Origin: the human T2T-CHM13v2.0 reference genome, Homo sapiens
NCBI RefSeq assembly: GCF_009914755.1
Contig: NC_060947.1
Strand: one strand, 5' to 3'
Length of the DNA stretch: 64,000 nt
Shown here: positions 1 to 34,859 of the stretch, in pieces
Position numbering within the stretch: position 1 is the stretch's first letter
How the letters are laid out: every line of letters starts with the position of its first letter
The notes under the pieces: model-generated
The model's database searches: none
What the model was told of the DNA's origin: nothing
The model's input: only the letters and a program-made list of their open reading frames with translations
Translations under genes and position numbers: made by a program

Positions 1-495
<495 letters not shown>

Positions 496-539
496 TAATA
501 TACAAAGTAATACGCTTTCCTCTCTCCCTAAAAAAAATA

Positions 540-920
540 GCTGGAGACCTTGAAAACATTGTACTATGTGAAAGAATCAGTCCCAAAAGACAAAAGTCAT
601 ATTTATATGAAATATCTAGAATAGCCCAATCTTATAGTGCCAGAAAGTAGCACAGTAGTTGCCAAGGGCTGGAGGAAGAAGAGAATTGGGAGGTGATAGC
701 TATAGTTTCTTTTGGAGGGGATGAATAATGTTCTAGAATTGATTTGTGGTGATAGTTTTACAAGTCTATGAATATACTAAAAACCACTGACTTCAAGAAC
801 AAAAAAAGAAAAAAAACCCCCAAAACCCAAGAACACTCCCTCCCCACTGAACTGTACACTTTAAAGAAGTGAACTGTGTGGTATGTAAATTATATCTCAG
901 TAAAGCCGTCATCAAAATAA
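540..920 (+). mobile_element. L1MB-like 3' end fragment
   Basis: gaccttgaaaacattgtactatgtgaaagaa ... gtatgtaaattatatctcagtaaagc. Confidence 0.65.
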
Positions 921-1773
921 AAGGGTCTGGAGCATTCTTACAAGGTGGGCTTAGTGAACATCTTCTGTGTGCAGGGCTTGCTCTCAAGGACCTTCTTTAC
1001 CTTTGAAAACTTGTGGACATTCAATATACTCCATAGGTTCACAGAAAAAATGAATAAATAAAACTCATGGACAAAGTACAAGTGTGCCAAAAATGAGTAC
1101 TGGCATTAGAACTAAAATCGTAAATGACAGAGTGATGAGTGACTATCTGCCAAATAATGGGAGGAGACAAATGTTGGATTCAGAGCAAGGACAGGGAACC
1201 ATTGCTAAATCCGGCAATGCTTCATAGAAAAATGACGAAGTGAGCACTGAAGGACTCAGACGGGAAGAATGAGGATGGGCAGATACCACCACATAAGCTT
1301 TCAAAGGGCCAAGGAGATGCGTGATGCTTCAATCAGGCATGGGAGGGAGATAGTGGGCTCTGCTAACATCAAGATTGAGAAAGCACTCCTTTTCTGGGCA
1401 GGAAACTTAAAAAGCATTTAAAATTTTTTCTATACTGTTAGGAAATGTTAAGTACTGCCAACTGAATAGCAATTATACTCACTCCCCATCCCCAAACCAT
1501 CACAAATACCAGAGTTGAAATCAGTGAGAAATTACTATATACTATTTTCCAGGACCTCAAACCATTCTCAGTGAAACATTCATAAAAACCTACTGGGCTC
1601 CATTTACTATTTTTGATAAATGTCAAAGCCCAGTTGCAATAACCTTCAGGGCCTCCATTTTGAAACCATCTGCAAGAGCTAGAATTCGAAGTTCTGACCC
1701 ATTCTCGAAATAAAGAGATCAATGACAATCCAATCTGCATATGACATTTCATCTTCTATAAGCCAATGCGTAC

Positions 1774-22568
<20,795 letters not shown>

Positions 22569-23063
22569 CTTGCGTCGGGTCGTTCGCCCCTCGCCGCCGC
22601 CTCGGACTCCTCTCGTTAGCCAAGAGCAGCCCGACCGCTGGCGCTCCTGCCTTTCCCAAGCGCGTCACACTCCCCACTGTCGAAAGCCCGGGCCCCGTCT
22701 TGCTGCCTGGGTGCTCCCCAGACGCCGCGTCCTTCTTTCCTGCCTCCTCCCCGCTCGCGGGTACCGAGGTCTGAGGCGCTCTTCTCTCTCTCTCCAAACT
22801 TGGAACGAGACTTTTCAACCCGCGCCTCCCAGCCCGCCCAGGCAGCTGAGCGCAGGCGCATCCGCCCTGGGAAAAGTGAGAGGAGGCGGAGAGGCGGGTC
22901 TGGGAGCCAACGGCTCCGGCGCCGAGACCAATGACGCGCGGCGGGCGGGTTTCACGCGGCGTTCGGAGGCGGGCTTCTGGGGGTGGGCGGAGCGTGCCGC
23001 GGCAGGAAGTTGGCGATGCGCAGGCGCGAGGGCTCGCCCGGCGCTCCCAGGGCCGGCCGCGGA

Positions 23064-23154
23064 GGCGGATGGGGCGCGCGGGGGCGGGGCGGATGAGGGC
23101 CCGAGGGGGCGGGGCGGATGGGGGCGCGCGAGGGCGGGGCTGATGGAGGCGCGG
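23064..23154 (+). repeat. GC-rich minisatellite, ~3.7 x 24-25 bp
   Basis: Units start at 23064, 23088, 23113 and 23138, consensus ggcggatgRgggcgcgcgggggcgg. Confidence 0.75.
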
Positions 23155-24316
23155 CTGGCCGGCTGAGTGGGGGCCGCGAGCCCCGGGGCGGCGAGCCTTG
23201 GGGCCCGCGGGGCGTGGTTGCTTGTAGCGGCAGCGGTGGTGGGGGTGAGAGGGGGGCAGGGAGGCTGCCGCCGCTTAGCCAAGCAAAATCTCAGAGCAAG
23301 AGGGGAAAATGGTTCCTGTTCTCGAGAGATTACTGTGCCTTCAAAGTCTCCCTGATAATCACGGACATGCAATTCTCTGCACCCCTGAAATGTTCTCCTC
23401 CAGCCGACTGGCCTTTCCTGGGGCCCGGTCGGGCCGAGGTGGGGCTGGTCTCAGACGGAGGAGAGCTTTTGGAGAGGCCGCGGGCGTTTTCTGCCTGCAA
23501 AAGCCGCCGGGCCGCCCTGTTAGGCTAAATGTGCAGCCTGTGGCGGCACAGGCCGCCGGCGGGCCGAAGCCGATTTACACTGTTACATTTTAATTTGTTC
23601 GATGTTTGGGTCCTTAAGATGATGGTTTGCGGCCTCTTCGCGCTTCAGGGGATTTTGTCCCTGCACTGGCGTTCCTTTCTCATCCCAGCCCCGGCCCCTG
23701 CTGAGTCATTTTTGTCACCTGCAGGGGTCCCAGCGCGACCCCACCCCAAGCTGGCGGAGCTGGAGAGAGCAGGGCTGAACTACCCTGGGCCTGCTTACCT
23801 GAGCCCTGCTCTGCTCAGGAACTTCATAGCCCCTGAGGAGTGTGTCGGGGGAGGAGAAAGCTGGCTGCAAGGCCAAAAGGGAAATAGAAGAAAATGAGGG
23901 CCAGGAGCAGAGGGGACGGAGTTGGGGGAGGCGACCAAGGTGCCTGCGTGCAAAGGGAACCGAAGTGTACGTCCAGCTCCGGGAGAGGCTCCTCTTGCAA
24001 AAGCACCCCCGGAACATTTGCTGCCTTGATACCTTTCCAAGTGCCTTCATGCTCAGATGCTATCTTGCAGATGCCGCTGTCATGCCCACTTTTCTGACCG
24101 GGACGCAAACCCAGACGTTAGTCAGTGGCAGAACCAGTCACATTCCCTTCTGTAGATATTTACTGTGTTGTTTCCGATACAATACCGTTCATTATTATAA
24201 CGCCCTCCCCCCATTCTGGGTCAAGGAATCTTGTTAGTGCCTAAGGCTGAGGGGGTGGCTAGAGAGGGAAGAGAGTTGGAAGGGTGTTTAAGCAATACAG
24301 CCCTCATATTCTAGGA

Positions 24317-24608
24317 CATTAGTTGGCAAGACTTTTTCTAAAAGGACCGAGATGGTAAATATTTTAGGCTTTGGGGGCAACTGCTCGACTCTGTCGCTTT
24401 GCAGCGCAAAGCAGCCATGGAAAATATGGATGCATTTGGCTGCGTTCCGATAAAACTACAGACACTAAAATCGTTTTCACGGGTCACAAAATCTTTTGAT
24501 TTTTTTTTTCTATCACTTGAAAACGGAAAAACCATTCTCAGCTCGAGGGTCATACAAAAACATGTGGTGGGTTAGATTTAGTCGGAGGACTGTAGTTTGC
24601 CCACCTTG
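24317..24608. mobile_element. MER58-type hAT-Charlie DNA transposon
   Basis: gatggtaaatattttaggcttt and tagtttgcccacc motifs; 8-bp TSD ttctagga / ttctagaa. Confidence 0.75.
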
Positions 24609-25301
24609 TTCTAGAATAATTGTACCTTATGGCTCTGCTTCAAAGAGAACCTCGTGTGCAAAGCAAGAGGCGGCTTGGGAGATGATTTGTATCCCTTTAA
24701 TACAGTGTACTCATTTCTGACAAGTAGACATGATTTCCAAAACCTATTAAAAGAAATGTTTAAAGGACTGAAAGAAAAGAAATCTTCCCAGACGACTTGG
24801 CTTTAAAATCTTGATACTGTTTACCTCAGTGAGGGTCAGAGAAGGAAATATGGAACAAATATTTTGGGAATTTCTGAGAATATTCACACACTATCATGCA
24901 TTTAATCCGAAAGTGTCATGTACAGCATATTTCATTAGTTTTGCATTTTTGTTGTTGTTAAATTGAATCTGTCAATTCTATTTAATTTTTTGGCCTTTTT
25001 TCCATACTACTTTTTTTGCATTAAAAAAAGTGATATGTTTTCTCTCTTGGATTGCTTAACTGTTGGGTTTGTTTTGCCTTTCTCCCCAGCCTCTTAGCTC
25101 TGGTCCTAATCTTTTCTGGCACTTTTCTGGGGTTGTTCTTTTTGTCTCTCCTGTGCTCAGCTAATAGAGTAAGGCACAAACAGGTGCACACACACAAGGA
25201 AGGGATGAATTTTATTTCATTTTTTCGAAAATGCAAATTCTAAATGGACTTCATGATTGCGCTTAGTCACAACTTGAAGTTTGAAAAACACTACACTATG
25301 A

Positions 25302-25632
<331 letters not shown>

Positions 25633-27713
25633 TAGTTTTTAAACCTTTAGCTGTTGCCGACTACCCTTTATAAAATAGCAACACGCCCTCATCCACCCCC
25701 ACAGGTAATCACCTCCTATCCCCTTTACTCTATTTTCTGTTTTTTCACAGCGCTTATCGCTTATCGCCATCTGACAGATGTTTGTCCACAGGCTTTTTCT
25801 TGCACACTAGAATGTAAATTAGAGGGTAGGATTCTTGTTTTGTTGTGCCCTCAGCACCTGGACCGGTGCTCACCACATGAGGAAGCTGAGCCAAAGTGGT
25901 GAGGTTTCTTGCCAAGGTGACATAGCTAGTGAGTGTTGGAGTTGGAATTTGAATTTAATCAGTCTTATATTAAGACAGCGAAAGTGATCCTATGGATAGA
26001 ACAAACTATTTACTAAAAGGAATCAGAGACATAGTACCCAGACATACCTGCAGAGTGATTCCATGTTCATTAGCAGCTGTGGTTCACTAGGTTGGGGGCA
26101 AAAAAGTTTTAGCCATTCAAAAAAATTTTTGAAGTACCTACTGTGAGCCAAGCAGTGTTCTGGAAACTGCAGCTAGCTGGATGAACAAGGCATACAGAGA
26201 CCCTGCTCTTTTATACTCTCCTTTATTGTTTGTTTTTCTTATTACAAAAACAAAGCTTGTTACAGAAAGATCTGAAAATTATACAAGCAAAAGAGGAGCA
26301 TAAGGAATACCAATTTTGTTTCTGGCCAAATTGTTTTCATCCAGTCATTATTAGGAGCAGAAGAAAATACGCTAACATATTAATAGCCGTTGTCTCTTGA
26401 TACTAGTATATTGTTGTTTTATTCTTCATATATTGCCCTATTTTAAAATTTTTTCCATTGGATGCATAGTGCTCATATAAATAGAAAAAACGCATGCATT
26501 TTAGAAAAAAAAATGTCAGAGGAGTAATACAAATGAAGAGTTGTCTTAATGTGATAAAATTCTAAGAAATTTCTTTTAAAATATTGTTTAATGCAATTGT
26601 GTGAGAGGGAGTTGAAGGAAAATTCTTTTAATAGAAAATACACTGTTCTTTGAACTCGTACTTTGTTTGCATTGACTATTCTGATATTTTATTAGGAAAA
26701 GTGAAGTAACTGTTTTATACTTACAAATGTGTTAATATGTAACCTTTGTGGGGTGTCCCTCTGGATTTCTAAAAGACCAACCTACCCTGTTGCTAGCTAT
26801 TGAGGCTAAGCCACTTGAGCTCTGCATTGGGGACAGTGAATAAAGGAAATGACCTAGACCAGAATCACTGAGGCTTAGACTTAGAATCACTGGGGCGTGG
26901 TAAATAAATATTTGTCAAACGAAAAATAATGAACAAGAAACTCTTCTTAGGCTTGTCCCAATCCATAAGCAGCAATGAGAAAGCTTTGCATGTAAACCTT
27001 CTTTTTTTAATTTTATTTTTAATGGACATCACAATCGTATAAATTTATGGGGTACAATGTGATGTTTTGATTTATATTTACATTGTGAGATGATTAAATC
27101 AAGCTGATTAACAAATTCGTCACCTCTCGTACTTAACATTTTTTGTAGTGAAAACTCTTAAAATATACACTCAGCAATTTTGAAATGTATAACACATTAC
27201 TATTTATTATAGTCACCATTCTGTAGAATAGATCACTAAAGCTTATTTCTCCTAAATGTAGAATCTTCTTGTAGACACATAGCCCTGAGTGTTTCACTCC
27301 AAGCACAATGTTCTTTTATTCAAAGTTTTCATATACAATGCATTCTTATTTACCACTGAAGACCTCTTCTGAAATTTATTAAAGTGTACGTTTGTTGTAA
27401 TTTCTGGCCACCATCCATTTTTCCTTCTCCAGGAAACAGCATGCTAGATTTCTTTTGAGTGAACTACTCTTCCTTAATCAGTTACAGTTTGGGAGGACTG
27501 TGCATCAGGATGTCCCACTCTCTACCAGCTAAAAGGTAGGGCGCCTGACCCCAGTGGGCAACACCCTTCTTGGAATATGAGTTCTATAGATTCATGCTGG
27601 TGAAACACCTGGAGGTGCAAGTCCGTTGATTCCTGCTTCCTGGATCTCTGGAATGGCTCTGGTTCCTACCCTTTCCAAGTTGGCTCCTTTGATTCTGTGA
27701 GCTCTTACTTAGC

Positions 27714-27781
27714 TTTTCAATTAGCAATAATCACGCCTCGGATAAACCTCATTGGCTACGATACTGCCACTGTGCAAAGCT
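27714..27781 (-). pseudogene. U4 snRNA retropseudogene, 3'-truncated (nt 1-68), probably RNU4-6P
   Basis: Reverse complement AGCTTTGCACAGTGGCAGTATCGTAGCCAATGAGGTTTATCCGAGGCGTGATTATTGCTAATTGAAAA is the U4 5' end with two CpG transitions. It lacks the Sm site and 3' stem-loops and is flanked by a 14-bp TSD (27704-27717 / 27782-27795). Confidence 0.95.
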
Positions 27782-27950
27782 CCTACGTAGCTTTTATAGA
27801 TTTCCTTTTTCCTTAAGTTAGCCTGTGTCCATTTGTTGCCTACCATCAAAGAAATCTGATATTTGCATAAACCTACCTCCTTCTCTCTCTAAGTCCTGAA
27901 TTTAACCACAGATTATCCTGAATAAGGAACATGACATTTGTAGCTGGAGA

Positions 27951-27952
<2 letters not shown>

Positions 27953-27983
<31 letters not shown>
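27953..27983. repeat. (AC)n microsatellite
   Basis: ~15 AC units. Confidence 0.95.
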
Positions 27984-27984
<1 letters not shown>

Positions 27985-28189
27985 GGAGAAGTAAAACTTG
28001 GGGAATCTAAATCAGATGAGTGGATTGACTATCCTGGTTGAGATCTTATACTATTCTTTTGCAAGATGTTACCTTTGTGGGAAACTGGGCAAAGTGTACA
28101 GGGGATCTCTCTATACTATTTCTTACAACTGTGTGTGAATCTACAATTATCTCAAAAATTGTAATTAAAAAGTATAAATGGCGTGCAGA

Positions 28190-28442
28190 CCACATGTTCT
28201 CACTCATAGGTGGGAATCGAACAATGAGAACACATGGACTCAGGGAGGGGAACATCATACACCAGGGCCTGTTGGGGGGTGGTGGGCTGGGGGAGGGATA
28301 GTGTTAGGAGAAATACCTAATGTAAATGACGAGTTGATGGGTGCAGCAAACCAACATGGCACATGTATACATACGTAACAAACCTGCATGTTGTGCACAT
28401 ATACCCTAGAACTTAAAGTATAATAAAAAAAATAGATAAAAA
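28190..28442 (+). mobile_element. L1PA 3' end, 5'-truncated
   Basis: catgttctcactcataggtgggaat ... ccctagaacttaaagtataat plus A-tail; TSD ataaatggYgtgYaga at 28174 and 28443. Confidence 0.9.
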
Positions 28443-29299
28443 ATAAATGGTGTGTAGAAAAAAATAAAAAAACCTTAATGATGCTTTCAGTACTGTTCCA
28501 TTTATCAACTGAAATAAAAGCAACAGTTCCTGTATGTGTGGAGTGGTTCTTTAAAAAGCTTTAAAATTATAGACAATTTTAAACACACAAAACAAAACAG
28601 AATAGTGGAATGAACTATCTATGTACATACCATCCAGCTGCAATAGTTATCAGCTCATAGTCAAATGTGTTTCATCTCTCTCCCCAATCCACCCTTCCGA
28701 TCTCTTATTATTTTGATGCAAATATTACACATCACACTATTTCATCTGCAAGTATTTCTCTATGCATCTCTAAAAGATAAGGACTTTTCAAAAAATTCAA
28801 AATAACTACAATACATTCTCATATGTAAAAAACTAACAGTAATTCCTTGATGTCAATATCCAGATAGTATTTACATTTCCTGCTTGTGTGTGTCTTAGCT
28901 TTATGGAGGTATAATGTATGTACAATACACTGCACCCATATAAAGTATACAATTCAATGGATTTTGACAGATGTAAACACCCATGAAACCACAACTACAA
29001 TTAAAAAAAAAAACAAAAAACAGAACATTTCAATCACACCCAGAAGTTTCCTTGTGCCCCTTCCTCCATCAATGACTACTGAGCAACTACGGATCTGGCT
29101 GCTGCCACCACAGATGAGTTTGCAGAGAACGTGATTTTGGAAAAAAACCTACTTAAATGGTACATAATTTTATAAAAATTAGAAGGGTGTTTAGAGAATG
29201 AAGAAAGATGTGCATATATTTTTGTCTGGTATATTTCAATAGTGAGCCCCAAGGCAGAAAGCAAGTTAAATTTGGAATACTCCAATAGTAGCAGCCCTT

Positions 29300-29545
29300 A
29301 CTCAACATTTTTTGGGGGTATACTATGTGCCAGATATTTTACCTATATTATCTAATCTGTCTCCTGATAACCTTACAATTATTATTAATCATGTTATTAT
29401 CATCAAACCCATTGTACAGTTGAGTATACTGAGGCTGAGAGAGGTTAAGTAACTTGCCCATGATCTCACAGATTGCAGCTGAAAATGTTTAGATAAAAAA
29501 ACAGATCGTCTGACTCCAGAGACAATTCCCTTAAACACTGAGCTG
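29300..29545 (-). mobile_element. MIR fragment
   Basis: actgaggctgagagaggttaagtaacttgccca ... tctgactccaga. Confidence 0.7.
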
Positions 29546-29599
29546 TAGTCAGTTTATCAGCAAAAAGAACTGATAAGAAAATAACACCTCAAGGTGTTG

Positions 29600-30630
29600 C
29601 TAAAAAGTCTTACCTCTCTTTGACAAAGGAGCAAAGGCAATTAATGGACAAAGGATAATCCTTTTAACAAATGGTGCTGGAATAACTGGACATCCACAAG
29701 AAAAAAAAAATCGAAGCCAGATATAGGCCTTACACTTCTCACAAAAATTAACTCAAAATGGATCAGAGACCTAAATGTAAAATGCAAAACTACAAAACTC
29801 CTAAAAGATAGTATAAGAGAAAATCTAGATGACTTTGGGATTGGTGATCACTGCTTAGACACAACACCCAAAGTATGATCTACCAAAAAGAAAAGTTGAT
29901 AAATTAAACTCTATGAAAACTTAAAACTGCTCTGCAAAAGACATTCTTAAGAGTACAAAAAGATAAGCCATAGAGAAAATATTTGCAAAACATTTATCTG
30001 ATAACGATTGGTATCCAAAACATATAAGCAATTCTTAAACACAACCTTAAGAAAACAAACAGCTCAATTTAAAAACAGACACCTGAACAGACAATCTGAA
30101 CAGACACCTCACCAAAGAAGATCTACAGATGGCAAATAAGCATATGAAAAGATGCTCCACATCATATGCCATTACAGAATTGCAAATTAAAACAAGAAGA
30201 TACCATTACACATATATTAAAATGGCTAAAATCTATGGAACAGTAAAAAGATCGGTGCTTGCCAGAGATTCAGGAGCGGGGAGGGAGGGATGAATAGATG
30301 GGATTTTTAGGACAGTAGAACTATTCTGTATGGTACTGTAATGGTGGATACATGTCATTATATCTTTGTCAAAAGCCATATAATGTACAACACAAAGACT
30401 GAACCCTAATGTAAACTATGGACTTTGGTTAATAATAATGCATCTATATTGGCAGATCAGTTATAACAAATGTGCCATATTAATGCAAGATTAACGTGTG
30501 AAATTAAAGTAATAGAGATTAACATGGGTGAATTAACATGGGAAACTGTATTAATGGGAACTGTACTTTCAGCTCAATTATTCTATAAACCTAAAACTGC
30601 TCACAAAAATAGCCTATTAATTTAAAAAGC
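29600..30630 (+). mobile_element. L1MC-like fragment
   Basis: aacaaatggtgctggaataactgg, aaaattaactcaaaatggatca, gaaccctaatgtaaactatggacttt. Confidence 0.8.
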
Positions 30631-31084
30631 CTTATCTTCTCTAAGACTCATTTTCCTCATCTCTGAAGTGAGGAGTTGGACTAGATCTCAGAATGAAATC
30701 CTGTATTTATAAGTAGAGATAAATTGTTTTTTTATCCCCTTACATTTCCAAAAGGGTTCACTTTATTATTTTTCCCTTTCTCTGCCATGTGGCTTTCAAT
30801 GATTGCATTGATAGATCAGCCAAGCTGGCATCACTTGGCTGTGGGTGTTCCGGCAAAGAATAGGCTCACACAGAGGATTCAAAAGTTTTCTTTATCAAGT
30901 CTTTTTGGTGATCTTTTAAATAAAACTTTGGGGGAAAACGTGTTTCTCAGGTCTAGCAAATGTTTTCTGTTCCTTAGTTTGAAGGTCATTTTGTGTATTC
31001 ATCTATAATTTAGCTTCAGCGACCTTGAAAATATGATCATTTCAAGTTAGAGTAAATATTCAAATTTTTTGGGGAAATCCTTTA

Positions 31085-31373
31085 TTTTTTTTTCTTTTCT
31101 TTCTTTTTTTTTTTTGATATAAAGTCTCGCTCTGTCACCCACGCTGGAATGCAATGATGTGACCACAGCTCATTGTAGACTTGACCTCTGGGACACAAGC
31201 AATTCTCTCTGGACTATAGGTAAATGCCACCATGTCTGGCTAATTTTTGCATGTTCTGTAAAGACATGGTCTCTCTATATTCCAGGCTGGTCTCAAACTC
31301 CTGGGTTTAAGCCATCCTCCCACCTGGGATCCTCCCATGTGGGGATCACAGGAGTGAGCCACTGCACCCGGCC
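31085..31373 (-). mobile_element. Alu (old J-like)
   Basis: Diverged reverse Alu. Confidence 0.8.
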
Positions 31374-31801
31374 AGGAAATCTTAATTATCCTATGATTTT
31401 AGTGAAATCCTTTGTTAACCATGCCATGTAGCCAAATATCACAGTAATTTAGTCTTAAATGAACATAAAGATTTATATAGTAGTGTAAATTGGTCACATG
31501 GACTTTATTGTTTCATCCTGGCATTAAATTAAAAGACATTCAAGAGCATCATGGCCATATGAACTCTGCCATTCTAACTTCTCCTTGCTGAAGGGAGGTA
31601 CAACATTTATATAAGCCACCATGTCCCATTCTCCCTACTGGCAGTCATAAGTGTTTGGTCATGTTTAATGAGTCAAACTGAGTGAAGAATGAGGTATTAG
31701 AGAACTAGATTTAAAAAAATCAGCAACCATCATAATGTATATCATAATGTTATTTAAGTTGTAAATGTATAAATGTGCTGTGGATGATTCCTATTGAATC
31801 G

Positions 31802-32212
<411 letters not shown>

Positions 32213-32263
32213 ATATGTTATCATTTAATTCCTAAGGAGTCAGGGTAATTTGAGTTGATGTAC

Positions 32264-32347
32264 CTTAAATTTACATTAAATAGTATTTTGTTTTTCTGGG
32301 GGTAACTTAAATTTACATTAAATAGGTGTTGTTTTTCTGGGGGTAAC
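32264..32347. repeat. 42-bp tandem duplication
   Basis: cttaaatttacattaaatag...tttttctgggggtaa at 32264 and 32306. Confidence 0.9.
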
Positions 32348-33152
32348 TGTTAACACTAAGTATTTTTGCTTATGTTATATTAATTATTCTTTTCTAGTCA
32401 AGAAAGAAGAGACTTGCCCCATCCACCACTTTACTACCATTATAGAAAGGAATGTTAAATATGTATATTTAGATTGCTTACAGCAGTGGCTTTTACATTT
32501 TTCTTGGCTGCAACCTATAGTTACGCATACATTTTTCATCTATATGTCTATCTCATCTATCTATCTGATACTGAAACATTTTTTTCAAAAAATAGTACTT
32601 ATTTTTGTTATGTATAATATACTCTGATATGATCTGTTTTGTTCTATTTCATTTTAAAAAGTGCTGCTCATGACCCTCTAATTTGATTCCACGAATGGGC
32701 CAAGACCAGCAGCTCGAAAAATGTGGCTTGGAGAGCTCCAGATAAAATGTGCAGTGAATAGACAAAATTATCACATGTAATGATAAAAATGCACTAAAAG
32801 AAGGTTTTTACCACTTCACTTCTGAATAAATGTAAAAATTTAAAACTAACATACCATACACTATTTCTGGGGAGTAGGATTGAGAGATAAATCCTTTTAA
32901 TTTTAGCTTCAAGATTGTTTGAAAAATAATTTTCACGTAGAACTTTTATAGTAAAAAAAAAAAATCTAACATGATATAGTTATTTACCCCAACGAGCTGA
33001 TGTTGTACTTTCTAAAAGTAATGTTTTATAAAAAATAGTAAAAAATTGGGCGTAACAGGAACATGGAATTATAGGGTATTAGTTGCATAAATTGTAGATT
33101 ATTCATGGGATGTACTATGGAATCATCATAAATGATTATGTAAGGTCTAGCT

Positions 33153-33367
33153 CAGTGGTTCTCAACCAGGGGTAATTTTGCCTCCCAGGGGACATTTGCC
33201 AATGTCTGGACACATTTTTGGTTGTCATAACTGGGAGAGGGGGATGCTTCTGGCATCTAGTGGGTAGAGGCCAGGAATGCTGCTAAACATCTTCCAATGT
33301 AGAAGACAGCCCCCCACAACAAAGAATAATCCCCAAATATCAATAATGCTGAGACCAAGAAACCCTA
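33153..33367 (+). mobile_element. MER20 hAT DNA transposon
   Basis: cagtggttctcaacc ... ggcatctagtgggtagaggccagg ... gaaaccct; perfect 8-bp TSD gtctagct. Confidence 0.88.
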
Positions 33368-33619
33368 GTCTAGCTAAAAGGCTATATCTATATTTAACTC
33401 ATTTTGCAAAGCTGTAAGTAATCTTTTTGGTACATGTACACCCAGAAAAAAAGAAGCTTTCTACCTAGGAGACCAGACTACCTTGTGTCTTGTAATTGTT
33501 TAATAAATATTTGTTCAATTATTACATAAGAAAGAAGATGAAATCTGTAAATACTGAAATGGAAAGATGTCCACAATATATTTGACTGAAAAACAAGCAG
33601 GTTATAAAACAGTATAAGT

Positions 33620-34575
<956 letters not shown>

Positions 34576-34859
34576 AAAAGAAGAGCCAACACGATGTGTC
34601 TCTGTGCCCCAGAATGTAGTGGGCTCAGATAAATGTGGAACGTTAGCGGGTCAGCGTGTACCTGGTTTCCAAAAACATTCTTTGTGAAACTCTTGATTGA
34701 CGAGTTGCAGCTGCAGGAGAAGGGATGTGACTTGGCACTTGCTCCCAGACAGGGACAATGCACCGAACACAGTGTACACACGTAGGTGCCCATTTGAAGG
34801 GGTAGCTGTTCTGAGTTGAAGAACTGCACCAGGTTCAACCCAATTCTTGTACTGTGCAT

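Noticed and set aside
27714-27781. Functional U4 snRNA gene
   Set aside because: Lacks the 3' half including the Sm site, has CpG decay and TSDs, and I recognised no snRNA promoter.
31627-31642. CTCF-like CCAGTAGGGAGAAT on the minus strand
   Set aside because: The 3' half of the core deviates too much from consensus.
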